A DNA stretch of 64,000 nucleotides from Pirellulales bacterium (GTDB taxonomy: Bacteria > Planctomycetota > Planctomycetia > Pirellulales > JAICIG01). The position numbers were made by a program, and so were the translations under genes. The notes below the pieces were generated by a model. The model searched no databases, had not been told where the DNA came from, and was given only the letters and a program-made list of their open reading frames with translations. The stretch covers positions 96,001 to 160,000 of the forward strand of contig JBBDYJ010000011.1 in assembly GCA_040901675.1 (NCBI GenBank), in the 5' to 3' direction. Shown in pieces: positions 8,344-18,246 of this stretch (position 1 is the stretch's first letter; every line of letters starts with the position of its first letter).

Positions 8344-9765
8344 ATGCTTGCCTTCCTGGGAGGTCGCGGCCGACTCTGCGACGGCCTGACGCGGCGAGAG
8401 ACGCTGCGCGTCGGAGGCCTGGGACTGCTGGGCCTCGCCCTGCCCGACCTCGCCCTGCCCGAACTCGCCCGCCAGCGGCAGGCGTCGGCCTCAACGGACG
8501 CGTTCGAACCAGGCTTTGGCAAGGCCCGCTCGTGCATCGTGCTGTTTCTCATGGGTGGGCCGCCGCAGCACTCCACCTGGGATCCCAAGCCGGAGGCGCC
8601 GCCGGAAGTCCGCGGCGAGTTCGGCCCCATCAGCACCGCCGTGCCGGGACTGATGGTCGGCGAGTTGATGCCGCAAACGGCCCGCGTGGCTGACAAGATC
8701 TGCGTGCTGCGGGCCATGGCGAGCGGAGACAATGCGCACTCGTCCAGCGGCTATTTCATGCTCACCGGCCAGCCGCACCAGCCGATGAACTTCGAAAACG
8801 CCAACCCGGGCGCCCCGAACGACTCTCCCAGCCTGGGTGCCCTGGTACGCCGGCTGAGCGGCGAGCGAGCGGGTCTGCCGGCGGCCATCACGGTGCCGCA
8901 CCGGATCTTCAACACCAACGGCAGCGTCTGGCCCGGCCAGGATGCGGGCTTCCTCGGTCGCCAGACCGATCCCTGGCTGCTCAAGTTCGATCCCGCGGCC
9001 GGTTCGCCCCGCGTGGATGAGTACAACCTGCCGGAGGGCATCCCGCCGCTGCGATTTGAGTCGCGGCGATCGCTGCTCGATGAGGTCAATCGCGGCCTGG
9101 AGGCGATCGAGCGCGGAGGCGTGGCCGGCAGTTTCGATCGCTACGCTCAGCAGGCCTTCGACCTGTTGCGGTCATCGCCCGCCCGGCACGCCTTCGATCT
9201 GGAGCGGGAAACAGCCCCCACTCGCGACCGGTACGGCCGCACGCCGTTCGGCAACAGCGTGCTCTTGGCCCGGCGGTTGGTCGAGGCCGGCGTGTCGCTG
9301 GTGCAGGTCAACTGGTATCGCGGCCCGGACGAGCCGGAGGACAACCCTTGTTGGGACAGCCACGCCGACGAGAGCCGGCGGCTCAAGACGGTGCTGATGC
9401 CGCCCATGGACCAGGCCTATTCGGCCTTGTTGGAAGACCTTGACCAGCGCGGCCTGTTGGACGAGACGCTGGTGGTGTGGATGGCCGAGTTCGGCCGCAC
9501 GCCGAAGTTCAATGCCCGCGCCGGCCGCGACCACTGGGGCTTTGTCTACCCGGTGGCGCTTTCCGGCGGCGGAGTCCGCGGCGGCCAGGTCTGGGGCGCC
9601 TCGGACAAGATGGGCGCTTATCCCAAGGACGGCCAGGTGGCACCCCACGATCTGGCGGCCACCATCTTCCATTGCCTCGGTTATTCTCCCCACACCGAGT
9701 TCACCGACCGCCTCGGCCGCCCCCTGCCCATCAGCCGCGGCGAAGTCATTCGCCAGATCTTTTGA
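8344..9765 (+). CDS. DUF1501 family protein
   Basis: TRRETLRVG, LFLMGGPPQHSTWDPKP, CWDSH, MAEFGRTPK, GRDHW motifs. Confidence 0.92.
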   Translation: MLAFLGGRGRLCDGLTRRETLRVGGLGLLGLALPDLALPELARQRQASASTDAFEPGFGKARSCIVLFLMGGPPQHSTWDPKPEAPPEVRGEFGPISTAVPGLMVGELMPQTARVADKICVLRAMASGDNAHSSSGYFMLTGQPHQPMNFENANPGAPNDSPSLGALVRRLSGERAGLPAAITVPHRIFNTNGSVWPGQDAGFLGRQTDPWLLKFDPAAGSPRVDEYNLPEGIPPLRFESRRSLLDEVNRGLEAIERGGVAGSFDRYAQQAFDLLRSSPARHAFDLERETAPTRDRYGRTPFGNSVLLARRLVEAGVSLVQVNWYRGPDEPEDNPCWDSHADESRRLKTVLMPPMDQAYSALLEDLDQRGLLDETLVVWMAEFGRTPKFNARAGRDHWGFVYPVALSGGGVRGGQVWGASDKMGAYPKDGQVAPHDLAATIFHCLGYSPHTEFTDRLGRPLPISRGEVIRQIF

Positions 9766-9774
9766 AGGACCGTC

Positions 9775-10017
9775 ATGGCGCCGAAGGTAAAAGTGGTCGT
9801 GTCGGTCGACGACGAACACGTCGATAAAATGAGCGAGGTGGTCAAGGCCTGCCGCGCGGCCGGCCTCTCGGTCGAGCGGTCGCTCGAATCGCTGGGCACC
9901 ATCACCGGCTCGATCGAATCGAGCGAGCTCGGCAAGCTCAACCGTGTCGAAGGCATCTCGAACGTCGAGCAATCGGCCGATTATCAACTCCCCCCACCGC
10001 AAGACGACCTGCAGTGA
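9775..10017 (+). CDS. Small acidic protein, subtilisin propeptide/I9 inhibitor-like fold (predicted)
   Basis: 80 aa; V-V-S-V-D-D...GLSVERSLESLGTITG...LNRVEGISNVE pattern resembles I9/propeptide domains; ends QLPPP. Confidence 0.6.
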   Translation: MAPKVKVVVSVDDEHVDKMSEVVKACRAAGLSVERSLESLGTITGSIESSELGKLNRVEGISNVEQSADYQLPPPQDDLQ

Positions 10018-10058
10018 GCTGGGGCGACTGCCTCTCGCTGGCGCGTCAGTTTAGTGTG
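10018..10058 (-). repeat. Inverted copy of the 4431-4471 repeat (39/41 identical)
   Basis: Reverse complement cacactaaactgacgcgccagcgagaggcagtcgccccagc vs cacactaacccgacgcgccagcgagaggcagtcgccccagc. Confidence 0.9.
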
Positions 10059-10069
10059 CGGCGGGGTGG

Positions 10070-10096
10070 CTGGGGCAAAGCGGTAGCGTGCCCCAG
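10070..10096. repeat. REP-like hairpin / possible bidirectional terminator
   Basis: CTGGGGCA-N11-TGCCCCAG between convergent genes. Confidence 0.55.
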
Positions 10097-10136
10097 TCTT
10101 CCGGCGGCCATCTCGCTGATGCTTCCAGAAGCCGCG

Positions 10137-11474
10137 TTACATCCACTCCCGGATCACGCGCCCCTCGTTCAGCTTGATTGGGCGGCCGTCGGCCGTCATC
10201 GTGATCAGGTCGAGCGGCACGCCCAGCTTGGTATAAACGGTTGCCGCCACGTCTTCGGTAAAGTACTCGTCCGAAATCGCTTTGCCGCCTTCCTCGTCCG
10301 TCTTGCCCAGCACCGCGCCACCCGGCACGCCGGCCCCGGCCATCATCACGAAACCGGCGCTGGCCCAGTGATCGCGCCCGCTGGCCGAGTTGACCTTGGG
10401 CGTGCGGCCGAAGTCGGTCATCCAGACCACCAACGTCGTCGCCAGCAGCCCGCGTGCTTCCAGGTCGATCAACAGCTCCGGGATCGCCTGGTCCAAGGGC
10501 GGTATCTTCCCCTTGATGCCCGGGAACAACCCCGTGTGATGGTCCCAGCCACCGTCCGACACGGTCACGAACCGCACGCCCGCCTCGATCAGCCGCCGGG
10601 CCAGAAGGCAGCTCTGCCCGAAGGTGTGGCGGCCGTACCGATCGCGCAGGCCCGCGTCCTCCGTCTCGATGTCGAAGGCCTGTTTTGTCTCCGGCGCCGT
10701 GATCATGTTCAAGGCGGCCTTGTAGTGCTCGTCGAGCGCGTCGTAGGCCGGCGGCTGCACGTCGGCCTTGCGCTGCAAGGCGTCGATCGCGCTCAGCATG
10801 CCGCGCCGGCGGTCGATGCGCCCGGCGTCGATGCCCGATGGGGGCGTGATGTCGCGGACGCGGAAACCAGCCGCGTTGGGATCGGCGAGCATCTCGAACG
10901 GGTTGTGCTCGGCCGGCAAGTAACCGGCGATGCCGCCGCCGAACGTGTGATCGACCTGGTCGCCCAACTGTACAAACGGAGGCAGGGCCGTCTTGAATCC
11001 CTTTTGATGGCTGACGATCGAGCCGTAGCACGGGTGTACGATGGCGGGGTTGAACTTCTGGCCCGACAAGCAGTATTGGTCCGCCACTCCGTGGCTGCCG
11101 TTGAGCGGGTTCCAGCTCCGCAGGATGGCAAAGCGCTTCAGCTCCTTGGCCATCCGCGGCACCACGTCGGCAAACTTGACCCCCGGCACGGCCGTATCGA
11201 CCACGCCATACTCGCCCCGCACGCTTTGCGGCGCCTCGGGCTTGGGGTCGAACGTGTCGTGATGGCTGGTGCCGCCGCGCGTCCAGATCAAAATGCAGTT
11301 CACGTCCGGCGCGGCACCGGTAGCGTCCGGGCCGGCCTGGTCGGCCTTTGCCCGTCTGAGGGCCAATAGCCCCGGCAGCGATAGCCCCAAGCCCGCCAGC
11401 GTGCCTACTTGCAAGAAGCTGCGGCGGCGAATCCCCTCGCAATCGCGCACGATGCCGGGCACGAGATCGAGCAT
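10137..11474 (-). CDS. DUF1501 family protein
   Basis: RRRSFLQVG twin-arginine-like motif, GGTSHHDTFDPKP, GWDHH, TDFGRTPK, GRDHW. Confidence 0.92.
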   Translation of the reverse strand: MLDLVPGIVRDCEGIRRRSFLQVGTLAGLGLSLPGLLALRRAKADQAGPDATGAAPDVNCILIWTRGGTSHHDTFDPKPEAPQSVRGEYGVVDTAVPGVKFADVVPRMAKELKRFAILRSWNPLNGSHGVADQYCLSGQKFNPAIVHPCYGSIVSHQKGFKTALPPFVQLGDQVDHTFGGGIAGYLPAEHNPFEMLADPNAAGFRVRDITPPSGIDAGRIDRRRGMLSAIDALQRKADVQPPAYDALDEHYKAALNMITAPETKQAFDIETEDAGLRDRYGRHTFGQSCLLARRLIEAGVRFVTVSDGGWDHHTGLFPGIKGKIPPLDQAIPELLIDLEARGLLATTLVVWMTDFGRTPKVNSASGRDHWASAGFVMMAGAGVPGGAVLGKTDEEGGKAISDEYFTEDVAATVYTKLGVPLDLITMTADGRPIKLNEGRVIREWM

Positions 11475-11603
11475 AGTGGTTCCTCCCGTTCTTGGCAGGC
11501 AGCTTCTGTTCGGCAGGTTGAGCAGGCAGGCGACGCTTCGGCAGGCAGCCCCAGTGTACCCAAATCCATCAACGGATCAAGATCCAATGATGCGACCGGC
11601 GCC

Positions 11604-11648
11604 GTAGGATAGGCTTCCAGCCTGTCAGCGTGGGATAGGCTTCCAGCC
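11604..11648 (+). repeat. Tandem GTAG/GTGG-headed REP-like units (GTAGGATAGGCTTCCAGCCTGTC)
   Basis: Two copies at a 26-bp period (11604, 11630) with an internal AGGC...GCCT palindrome. Confidence 0.75.
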
Positions 11649-11796
11649 GCCTCCAGCCTTTCAGCTCAGTGGCCATCGGCGACCAGTCGTTTTCCGATTG
11701 GCGTTGACGAGCCAACCGCTTGCCGCTACATGAGTTGCTCGAAAATGGCCGCTCGCTGTAAGGCCGGCCGGACACGTCTTATTATTCTCCCAACCC

Positions 11797-13332
11797 ATGT
11801 CCCGCCTGCCGCTCACCGAACCTCACTCGGCACTGCAGCCCGCGTCGCCTGCTCCGGTTCGCGAAACCATACGGCTGGCCACGCTCGGGCTCGTGGGCTG
11901 GCTGGTCGTTTTGGGACTGGCGCTGCGGAGTTGGCACTACCTGCGGGGACCTTCCATCTGGCAGGACGAAGCGGCCCTGGTCCTCAACGTGCTCGGCAAG
12001 AGTTTTGCCGAGCTGCTCGGGCCGCTGTTTTTCTCGGAGGCCGCGCCACCGCTGTTTCTCTGGGCCGAAAAGCTGGTCCACCTGTCGCTGGGCGACGGCA
12101 TGTACGCCCTGCGGCTGCTCCCCTGGCTGGCCAGTTGCCTGGCCATGGTGCTGATGGTGCCGCTGGCCCGCCGCGTCGTCTCCCCGCGGGCAGTCCCCTG
12201 GGCCTTGCTGCTGTTTGCCGTGTCCGACCGGCTCCTGTGGCACGCCTGCGAAGCAAAACAGTACGCGGTCGACGTGCTGGTGGCCACGCTGCTGCTGGTG
12301 CTCTACCACGGGCTCGAAAGATGGAGTCTCCAGCGCCGCTTGGCATTATTTGCCGCGCTGGCTCCGCTGACGATCTGGCTCTCGTATCCCGCCTGCTTCC
12401 TGTATGGCGGCTTGCTGGTCGCCTGGCTTCCCTCGGTATGGAAGGAAGCCCACGCGCGTGTCTGGATTGCCTATGGCCTGGTCGTTGCGGCCGTGTTTGG
12501 TGCGTTCGGACTGTTGCTCGCCGGCCCGGTCCGCGCTCAACGCAATCACGAGATCGTCGACTGCTGGCAGGAGCTGGGAAAATTCCCCGATTGGCAGCGA
12601 CCGGCCAGCGTGCCCTGGTGGATCGTGCAGTCGACGCTGGAAATGGTCGACTATTGCTGCCGGCCGGTGGGGCATGCGCTGGTACCGCTCGTCGCGTTGG
12701 GCTGCTATTGCCTCTGGCGGCGGGGCCGCGGCCAGTCGCTCACCGGCCTGGTGGTGCCGGTCGCCTTGGCTCTACTGGCGTCGCTGCTGCTGGCGTATCC
12801 GTATGGCGGAGTGCGAGTGCTGGCTTATGCCGCGCCGGCCGTGATCCTGCTGGTGGCCGAGGGCGCGGCTTTTGCCCTGGCTTGGCTCGAGACGCGCCAT
12901 CGCGCGGCCACGTTATTATTGCTGATGCTGCTGGCCGCCCCGGCCGCGCGGAGCGCCTGGCGAGCTGCGTTTCCCTGGAACCGGGCGGACAGCGCCGGCA
13001 CGGCGGCCTACGTACTGGCCCAGCGGCAGCCGGACGACCTGGTGACCGGCAACGACTGGGACTACCAGTATCTGTTCCGCCACTTGGACCTGCGCTATTT
13101 CTCGCCCTTGATCGAAGGACCGGGAGCCCCCCGGGGCCGCACGTGGACCATCATCACGGCGGGGACGGCGGACGAGCGGAAGCGCGTCTTCGGCGCATTT
13201 GCGGCTGGCAACTGGCGCGTCCTCGATCACCAAGAGTTCGTGCGCACGGACGTCTTTCTGCTCGAGCCGGCGGCGGAGCTTTCAACCGGCGGCTCACGAA
13301 CCGCTGGCAGCCCGGCTTCCGGTCGCCGCTGA
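11797..13332 (+). CDS. GT-C fold membrane glycosyltransferase (GT39/ArnT-like)
   Basis: SIWQDE loop after TM1, PPLFLW, EAKQY motif, multiple TM helices. Confidence 0.8.
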   Translation: MSRLPLTEPHSALQPASPAPVRETIRLATLGLVGWLVVLGLALRSWHYLRGPSIWQDEAALVLNVLGKSFAELLGPLFFSEAAPPLFLWAEKLVHLSLGDGMYALRLLPWLASCLAMVLMVPLARRVVSPRAVPWALLLFAVSDRLLWHACEAKQYAVDVLVATLLLVLYHGLERWSLQRRLALFAALAPLTIWLSYPACFLYGGLLVAWLPSVWKEAHARVWIAYGLVVAAVFGAFGLLLAGPVRAQRNHEIVDCWQELGKFPDWQRPASVPWWIVQSTLEMVDYCCRPVGHALVPLVALGCYCLWRRGRGQSLTGLVVPVALALLASLLLAYPYGGVRVLAYAAPAVILLVAEGAAFALAWLETRHRAATLLLLMLLAAPAARSAWRAAFPWNRADSAGTAAYVLAQRQPDDLVTGNDWDYQYLFRHLDLRYFSPLIEGPGAPRGRTWTIITAGTADERKRVFGAFAAGNWRVLDHQEFVRTDVFLLEPAAELSTGGSRTAGSPASGRR

Positions 13333-13401
13333 TTTTTTGTTATTGGCGATCCCGATCACGCCCACCGCCACGCGGGCGCCCGCCTCGCCCGAAGGCTGGC
13401 T

Positions 13402-13692
13402 CTAGAACCCAAAAGTGGCCCAGTCGCGGCTGAGGTAGTCGCTGGCCGACAAGCCGAGCATGATCGCCAGCCAGACGAAGCCGGCACACGCGAACAACTG
13501 GGTCAGCGGCGAAGCGTAGCGGACGTGCATGAAGTAAAGCATGATCAACACGGCCTTGACCGAGGCGATCGCCAGCGCGATCGGAAAGCCCCAGCGGCCC
13601 AGATCCATGTGCGCAACGGCCACCGTCAATGCCAGCAGGACCAGCAAGACCGCGAATACGACGTAATAGACCCGCACGCCGGGATGCGCCAT
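13402..13692 (-). CDS. ctaF: Cytochrome c oxidase subunit IV (caa3-type)
   Basis: MAHPGVRVYY...LLALTVAVA...IASVKAVLIMLYFMHV; last gene of the oxidase operon. Confidence 0.85.
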   Translation of the reverse strand: MAHPGVRVYYVVFAVLLVLLALTVAVAHMDLGRWGFPIALAIASVKAVLIMLYFMHVRYASPLTQLFACAGFVWLAIMLGLSASDYLSRDWATFGF

Positions 13693-13694
13693 GA

Positions 13695-14345
13695 CTACCG
13701 CGTTCCGACCAGGTACAGGAAAGGGAACAAGAACACCCAAACGATGTCGACAAAGTGCCAATACAACCCGGTCAGGTGCACCGGGATGTACCGCTCGGCC
13801 AGGAGCCCGTCCCGCCAGGCCAGCACAACCAACGTGCCCAGCACGCCGATGCCGATCACCATGTGCAGCGCGTGTACGCCGGTCATGATGAAGTACAAGG
13901 TAAAAAACATCATTGCCTGCGAGCGCGCCGAGCCTTCGTAGTGAAACGGCAGGCCAAAAAGCGGCACGAGCTGCTCCTCGTACTTGTGGTGGTACTCGTA
14001 GAGCTTGACGCCCAAAAACACGGCCCCCAGCAGCAGCGTGGCCAGCAACAATCCCACCAGCAGCCCGCGCTGACCGGTTTGGGCCGCGTGGACCGCCAGG
14101 GCCATCGTCAGGCTGCTGGTCAACAGCACGAGCGTATTGGCGGCCCCCAGCCAGGAGTCGAGATGGTGGCTGGCGGCGGCGAAGGCTTCGCCGTACTGGC
14201 CGCGGTAAACGGCATAGGCCAGAAACAGGCCTCCAAAGAACAGGACCTCGGTGGCCAGGAAGACCCACATGCCCAGCTCGGCGGCGTCCCGCTGCTGGTC
14301 CAGGTCGTCGAACTGATGGGCCAGCGGATTGGCGAGGTCATTCAC
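13695..14345 (-). CDS. ctaE: Cytochrome c oxidase subunit III
   Basis: [31 protein letters not shown]. Confidence 0.92.
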   Translation of the reverse strand: MNDLANPLAHQFDDLDQQRDAAELGMWVFLATEVLFFGGLFLAYAVYRGQYGEAFAAASHHLDSWLGAANTLVLLTSSLTMALAVHAAQTGQRGLLVGLLLATLLLGAVFLGVKLYEYHHKYEEQLVPLFGLPFHYEGSARSQAMMFFTLYFIMTGVHALHMVIGIGVLGTLVVLAWRDGLLAERYIPVHLTGLYWHFVDIVWVFLFPFLYLVGTR

Positions 14346-15981
14346 GGCCGATCTCCTCAGGCGGGCGGCCCTCGGCGTCTCCCAGCTCGTAGGAATAAGC
14401 TTCCTGGGTAACGACCGGCGTCTGGTCGAAGTTGTACGTCGGTGGAGGCGACGTGGTCTGCCACTCCAGCCCCGTAGCCCCCCAGGGATTCGCCGGAGCG
14501 ATCGGCCCATACCGCAAGGACCAGATCAGGTACGTGAGCGGGAACAAGTATCCGACCGCCAGGATCGAGGCTCCCGCCGACGACATCACGTTGAGCACCT
14601 GGAACTCATCGGGGTACACGTGATAGCGACGGGGCATGCCCAGGTAGCCCAGCACGAACTGGGGAAAGAACGTCAGGTTGAAGCCCACGAAAATCAGGAT
14701 CGCCGAGAAACGCGCCCAGCCTTCCGGATACAAGCGGCCGGTTATCTTGGGCCACCAGAAGTGGATGCCGCCCAGGTAAGCCATCACCATCCCGCCGACC
14801 ATGATGTAATGGAAGTGCGCGACCACGAAGTACGTGTCGTGCACGTGAACGTCGACGGCCAAGGCGGCCAGAAACATTCCGGTCATGCCCCCCACGGTGA
14901 ACAGCCCGATGAATCCCAGGGCATAGAGCATCGGGGTGTAGAACGAGACCGAACCCTTGTAGAGCGTGGCCGTCCAATTGAACACCTTGACCGCCGAGGG
15001 AATGGCCACGAGATAGCTGAGGATCGAGAAGACCATCCCCGCGTACACCGACTGCCCGGACACGAACATGTGGTGTCCCCAGACCAGGAAGCCGAACACG
15101 GCGATGGCAAAGCTCGAGAACCCGATGAAGGCGTAGCCGAAGGGGCGCTGCCGCGTGAAACAGGCCACCAGCTCGCTGACCACCCCCATCCCCGGCAGGA
15201 TCATGATGTACACAGCCGGGTGCGAGTAGAACCAGAACAGGTGCTGGAACAAGAGCGGGTCGCCCCCCAGCTTCGGGTCGAAGACGCCGACCCCGGCCAG
15301 GCGCTCGACGGCGACCAGGAACAGCGTGATGGCCAGCACCGGCGTGGCCAGCACCATGATCAGGCTGGTGGCGTAGATCGACCAGATGAACAGCGGCAGG
15401 CGGAACCAGGTCAGCCCGGGGGCGCGCATCTTGTGCGTGGTGACGATGATATTCAGACCCGTCAGGATCGAGGAGAACCCGGTGATGAAAATGCCCACCG
15501 CCGTGGCCATCACGTGCGTGTTGGAGTAGGTGCTGCTGTAAGGGGTGTAGAACGTCCAGCCGGTATCCACGCCGCCGGCCACCGTGGCCCACACCGTGAA
15601 CGTCCCGCCGATGATGAACAGGTACCAACTGGCCAGGTTCAGCTTGGGAAACGCCAGGTCGCGTGCGCCGATCATCAGTGGCACCAGAAAATTGCCCAGC
15701 ACGGCCGGGATCGACGGGATCAGGAAAAAAAACACCATCGTCACGCCGTGGATCGTGAACAGCTTGTTGTACGTCTCCGCCTTGAGTAGGTCCCCTTCCG
15801 GCGTCATCAACTCCAGCCGCACCAGCGTGGCCGCCACTCCACCGATCACGAAAAAGAACGTGATCGACAACAGGTACAGAATGCCGATCCGCTTGTGATC
15901 GGTGGTCAACAGCCACGACGTGGCCGTGTAGGCCACGTTGAGATAATGCCGCGGCGGAGGCGCAACCGTAACGGAGGTCAT
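14338..15981 (-). CDS. ctaD: Cytochrome c oxidase subunit I (type A2)
   Basis: [19 protein letters not shown] (A2 YS motif), [21 protein letters not shown]. Confidence 0.97.
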   Translation of the reverse strand: MTSVTVAPPPRHYLNVAYTATSWLLTTDHKRIGILYLLSITFFFVIGGVAATLVRLELMTPEGDLLKAETYNKLFTIHGVTMVFFFLIPSIPAVLGNFLVPLMIGARDLAFPKLNLASWYLFIIGGTFTVWATVAGGVDTGWTFYTPYSSTYSNTHVMATAVGIFITGFSSILTGLNIIVTTHKMRAPGLTWFRLPLFIWSIYATSLIMVLATPVLAITLFLVAVERLAGVGVFDPKLGGDPLLFQHLFWFYSHPAVYIMILPGMGVVSELVACFTRQRPFGYAFIGFSSFAIAVFGFLVWGHHMFVSGQSVYAGMVFSILSYLVAIPSAVKVFNWTATLYKGSVSFYTPMLYALGFIGLFTVGGMTGMFLAALAVDVHVHDTYFVVAHFHYIMVGGMVMAYLGGIHFWWPKITGRLYPEGWARFSAILIFVGFNLTFFPQFVLGYLGMPRRYHVYPDEFQVLNVMSSAGASILAVGYLFPLTYLIWSLRYGPIAPANPWGATGLEWQTTSPPPTYNFDQTPVVTQEAYSYELGDAEGRPPEEIGRE

Positions 15982-16934
15982 GGCGTGGTCGTGCCTCCTT
16001 GGCTGGATAAACTCTTGAGATAGGCGATCAGGTGCATCAGCCCCTCCTCGCCGACCTGGGCTTCGAACGTCGGCATGATCGGCTCGAACCCGGCCACCAC
16101 CTTGGCCTGGGGGCGCAGGATCGACTCGCGCAGATAATCTTCATCCGCCAGCACCGTGCGGCCGTCGGCCAGCCGCACCTCGGAGCCGAACACGTTTTCC
16201 AGCGGCGGACCGCGGCCGGCCAGGCCGCCCCCTCGATGGCAGGTGTCGCAGCGCAATTGCTCGAACAGTCGGCGGCCCGCCTCGACCGGCGGCAGCCCGG
16301 CCGTGCCGCCGCCCAGCCAGGCCTGGTAGTCGGCGGGTTCGAGCACGACCACCCTGCCCCGCATCCGCGAGTGCTCCGCGCCGCAATACTCCGCGCAGAA
16401 CAGGTGATACTCGCCCGTTTTGGTGGCTTCGAACCAGAGTCCGGTGTAACGGTCGGGCAGCACGTCGTGCTTGACTCGAAACGCGGGCACGTACAGGCTG
16501 TGGATCACGTCTTCGGAGATCATCCGCAAGCGGACCGGCCGGCCCCGCGGCACGTGCAGCTCGTTGATTTCCCGGTTGCCCTCAGGATGCTGGAACTTCC
16601 ACATCCACTGCCGGCCCAGCACGTCGATTTCGATGGCGCCGGCCGGCGGCCTCGACATGCCGAAGTACAGGCTCGCGCCCCAGGCGAACATAATCATGGT
16701 CAGAACCAGGGGGATGACAATCCAGGCGGTCTCGATGGCGTAGGTGTGTGCTTGGCGGCGCCGGCGATCGACCCGCGCGTCGCGGCGGTATTTGACGGCG
16801 AAGTAAACGATCAGCACCGCCACCAAAAGCGTGATCGATCCGCAGACCGCGATCAGGAAAAAATACAGGGCATCGACCCGCGGGGCCACGGTCGAAGCTT
16901 GCTCGGGAAAAAGCCGAAACCCTTCGTCGATCAT
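15978..16934 (-). CDS. ctaC: Cytochrome c oxidase subunit II with fused cytochrome c (caa3)
   Basis: QWMW, DVIHS, CuA motif [13 protein letters not shown]-terminal CDTCH. Confidence 0.95.
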   Translation of the reverse strand: MIDEGFRLFPEQASTVAPRVDALYFFLIAVCGSITLLVAVLIVYFAVKYRRDARVDRRRRQAHTYAIETAWIVIPLVLTMIMFAWGASLYFGMSRPPAGAIEIDVLGRQWMWKFQHPEGNREINELHVPRGRPVRLRMISEDVIHSLYVPAFRVKHDVLPDRYTGLWFEATKTGEYHLFCAEYCGAEHSRMRGRVVVLEPADYQAWLGGGTAGLPPVEAGRRLFEQLRCDTCHRGGGLAGRGPPLENVFGSEVRLADGRTVLADEDYLRESILRPQAKVVAGFEPIMPTFEAQVGEEGLMHLIAYLKSLSSQGGTTTP

Positions 16935-17818
16935 CTGCGATCATCCACGGTCGCCGCCGAGCGCGCGTCTTGCCGCGCCAGCCGGCTGCGGCGCCGCTCC
17001 TGCCGGAACATCATGAAAAGAAAACCTCCCATGCCCAGGACCGTGGCCGAACCGGCCAATCGCAGCGCCCCCGCAATCGCCAGCCCGTACTTGCCCGTGG
17101 TTGGGTCGTAGTGGTAGCACAGCAGCAGGACACGGTCGACCAGCCCTCCGATCCGCCCCGCCGAGCTCTCGACCAGCCCCAGCCGCAGGTCCTCCGGCGG
17201 ATAGTCGATGCCATAGAAGTACTTGGACACTTTGCCATCGGGCGTCAACACGATGATCCCGCTGGCGTGGGCGAATTGGCCGCTGACCGCATCATGCCGG
17301 TAGCGGAAACCGACGCAGCGGGCCAGCCGCTCGATCGACGGCTCGTCGCCCGTGAGAAAATGCCAGCCCTCGGCCGCCCCGGGCCGGCGGTAGGCGCCGA
17401 CGTATCGCTCCTTCTTTTCCGCGGCCAACTGCGGCGTTTCACTCGGATCGAAGCTCACCGTCACCACCTGGTAGTCGGCATCCATCCTGAACTTCAAAGC
17501 CTGGCTGCTCTTGAGAAAGCCATTCAGCACCTGGTTGCAGAGCATCGGGCAACGGTAGTAGACCAACAGCAGCACCACCGGCTGCTGATCGAAGTACTCG
17601 CTCAACCGCACGCGCCGGCCTGTCTCGTCGCGGAACTCGAGTTCCAACGGCACCTGCGCGTTCAGTCGCTGATCGATGCCCACATCCTGGATAATCGACT
17701 TCAGCGGGCTTTGAGCGCGGGCCGTGCAGTTGCCAAGAACCGCCATGGCCATTAGCGCCCCGCACAGCGCCCCGGCAGGGGCAGCCACCGGAGTTCCTGA
17801 CGAAAACGGAAAGTTCAT
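16931..17818 (-). CDS. SCO1/SenC family copper chaperone
   Basis: YYRCPMLC (CxxxC), FAHASG, C-terminal TM helix; typical of ACIII-caa3 operons. Confidence 0.9.
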   Translation of the reverse strand: MNFPFSSGTPVAAPAGALCGALMAMAVLGNCTARAQSPLKSIIQDVGIDQRLNAQVPLELEFRDETGRRVRLSEYFDQQPVVLLLVYYRCPMLCNQVLNGFLKSSQALKFRMDADYQVVTVSFDPSETPQLAAEKKERYVGAYRRPGAAEGWHFLTGDEPSIERLARCVGFRYRHDAVSGQFAHASGIIVLTPDGKVSKYFYGIDYPPEDLRLGLVESSAGRIGGLVDRVLLLCYHYDPTTGKYGLAIAGALRLAGSATVLGMGGFLFMMFRQERRRSRLARQDARSAATVDDRR

Positions 17819-18246
17819 TGCGTTGTCTCGCCGAGAGAGTCTGGTTCCTGTGTCGTTGATTCCTCCGGAATCTCGGCCAATCCGCGCTCGACGAGCAGCT
17901 CCATCGCCCGCTCGATCGGTATCCGGACCACTTGCCGCTCCCGGTCGATCCAGTCGTATTCGCTGAGCTGCTTATGTTCGGCGGCCAGGAATTCCCCCAA
18001 GTCGCGCGCCGGCGACGGCCGCAGCGTGGGCGGCGGTGGTCCTTCCCGGCCGGCTAGCGGCGATACCTGCGGGTCGGCCCTTTCGGCTCGTCCCTCGAAG
18101 TAACGCGTCGCCCACCACAAAAGCGGGTGCACGAGTATCACAACGACCGCGAGCACCAAGGCGGAGATCAGGATCGCCCGGGGGCTGACGTCGGTCGTCT
18201 CGTGCCCCGGCTTGGGTTGTGACCGTGTCGAAGCCGGCTCAGCCAT
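17815..18246 (-). CDS. actG: Alternative complex III subunit G-like
   Basis: GHETTDV, single TM helix, YDWID...VRIPIERAMEL; lies after actF. Confidence 0.75.
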   Translation of the reverse strand: MAEPASTRSQPKPGHETTDVSPRAILISALVLAVVVILVHPLLWWATRYFEGRAERADPQVSPLAGREGPPPPTLRPSPARDLGEFLAAEHKQLSEYDWIDRERQVVRIPIERAMELLVERGLAEIPEESTTQEPDSLGETTQ

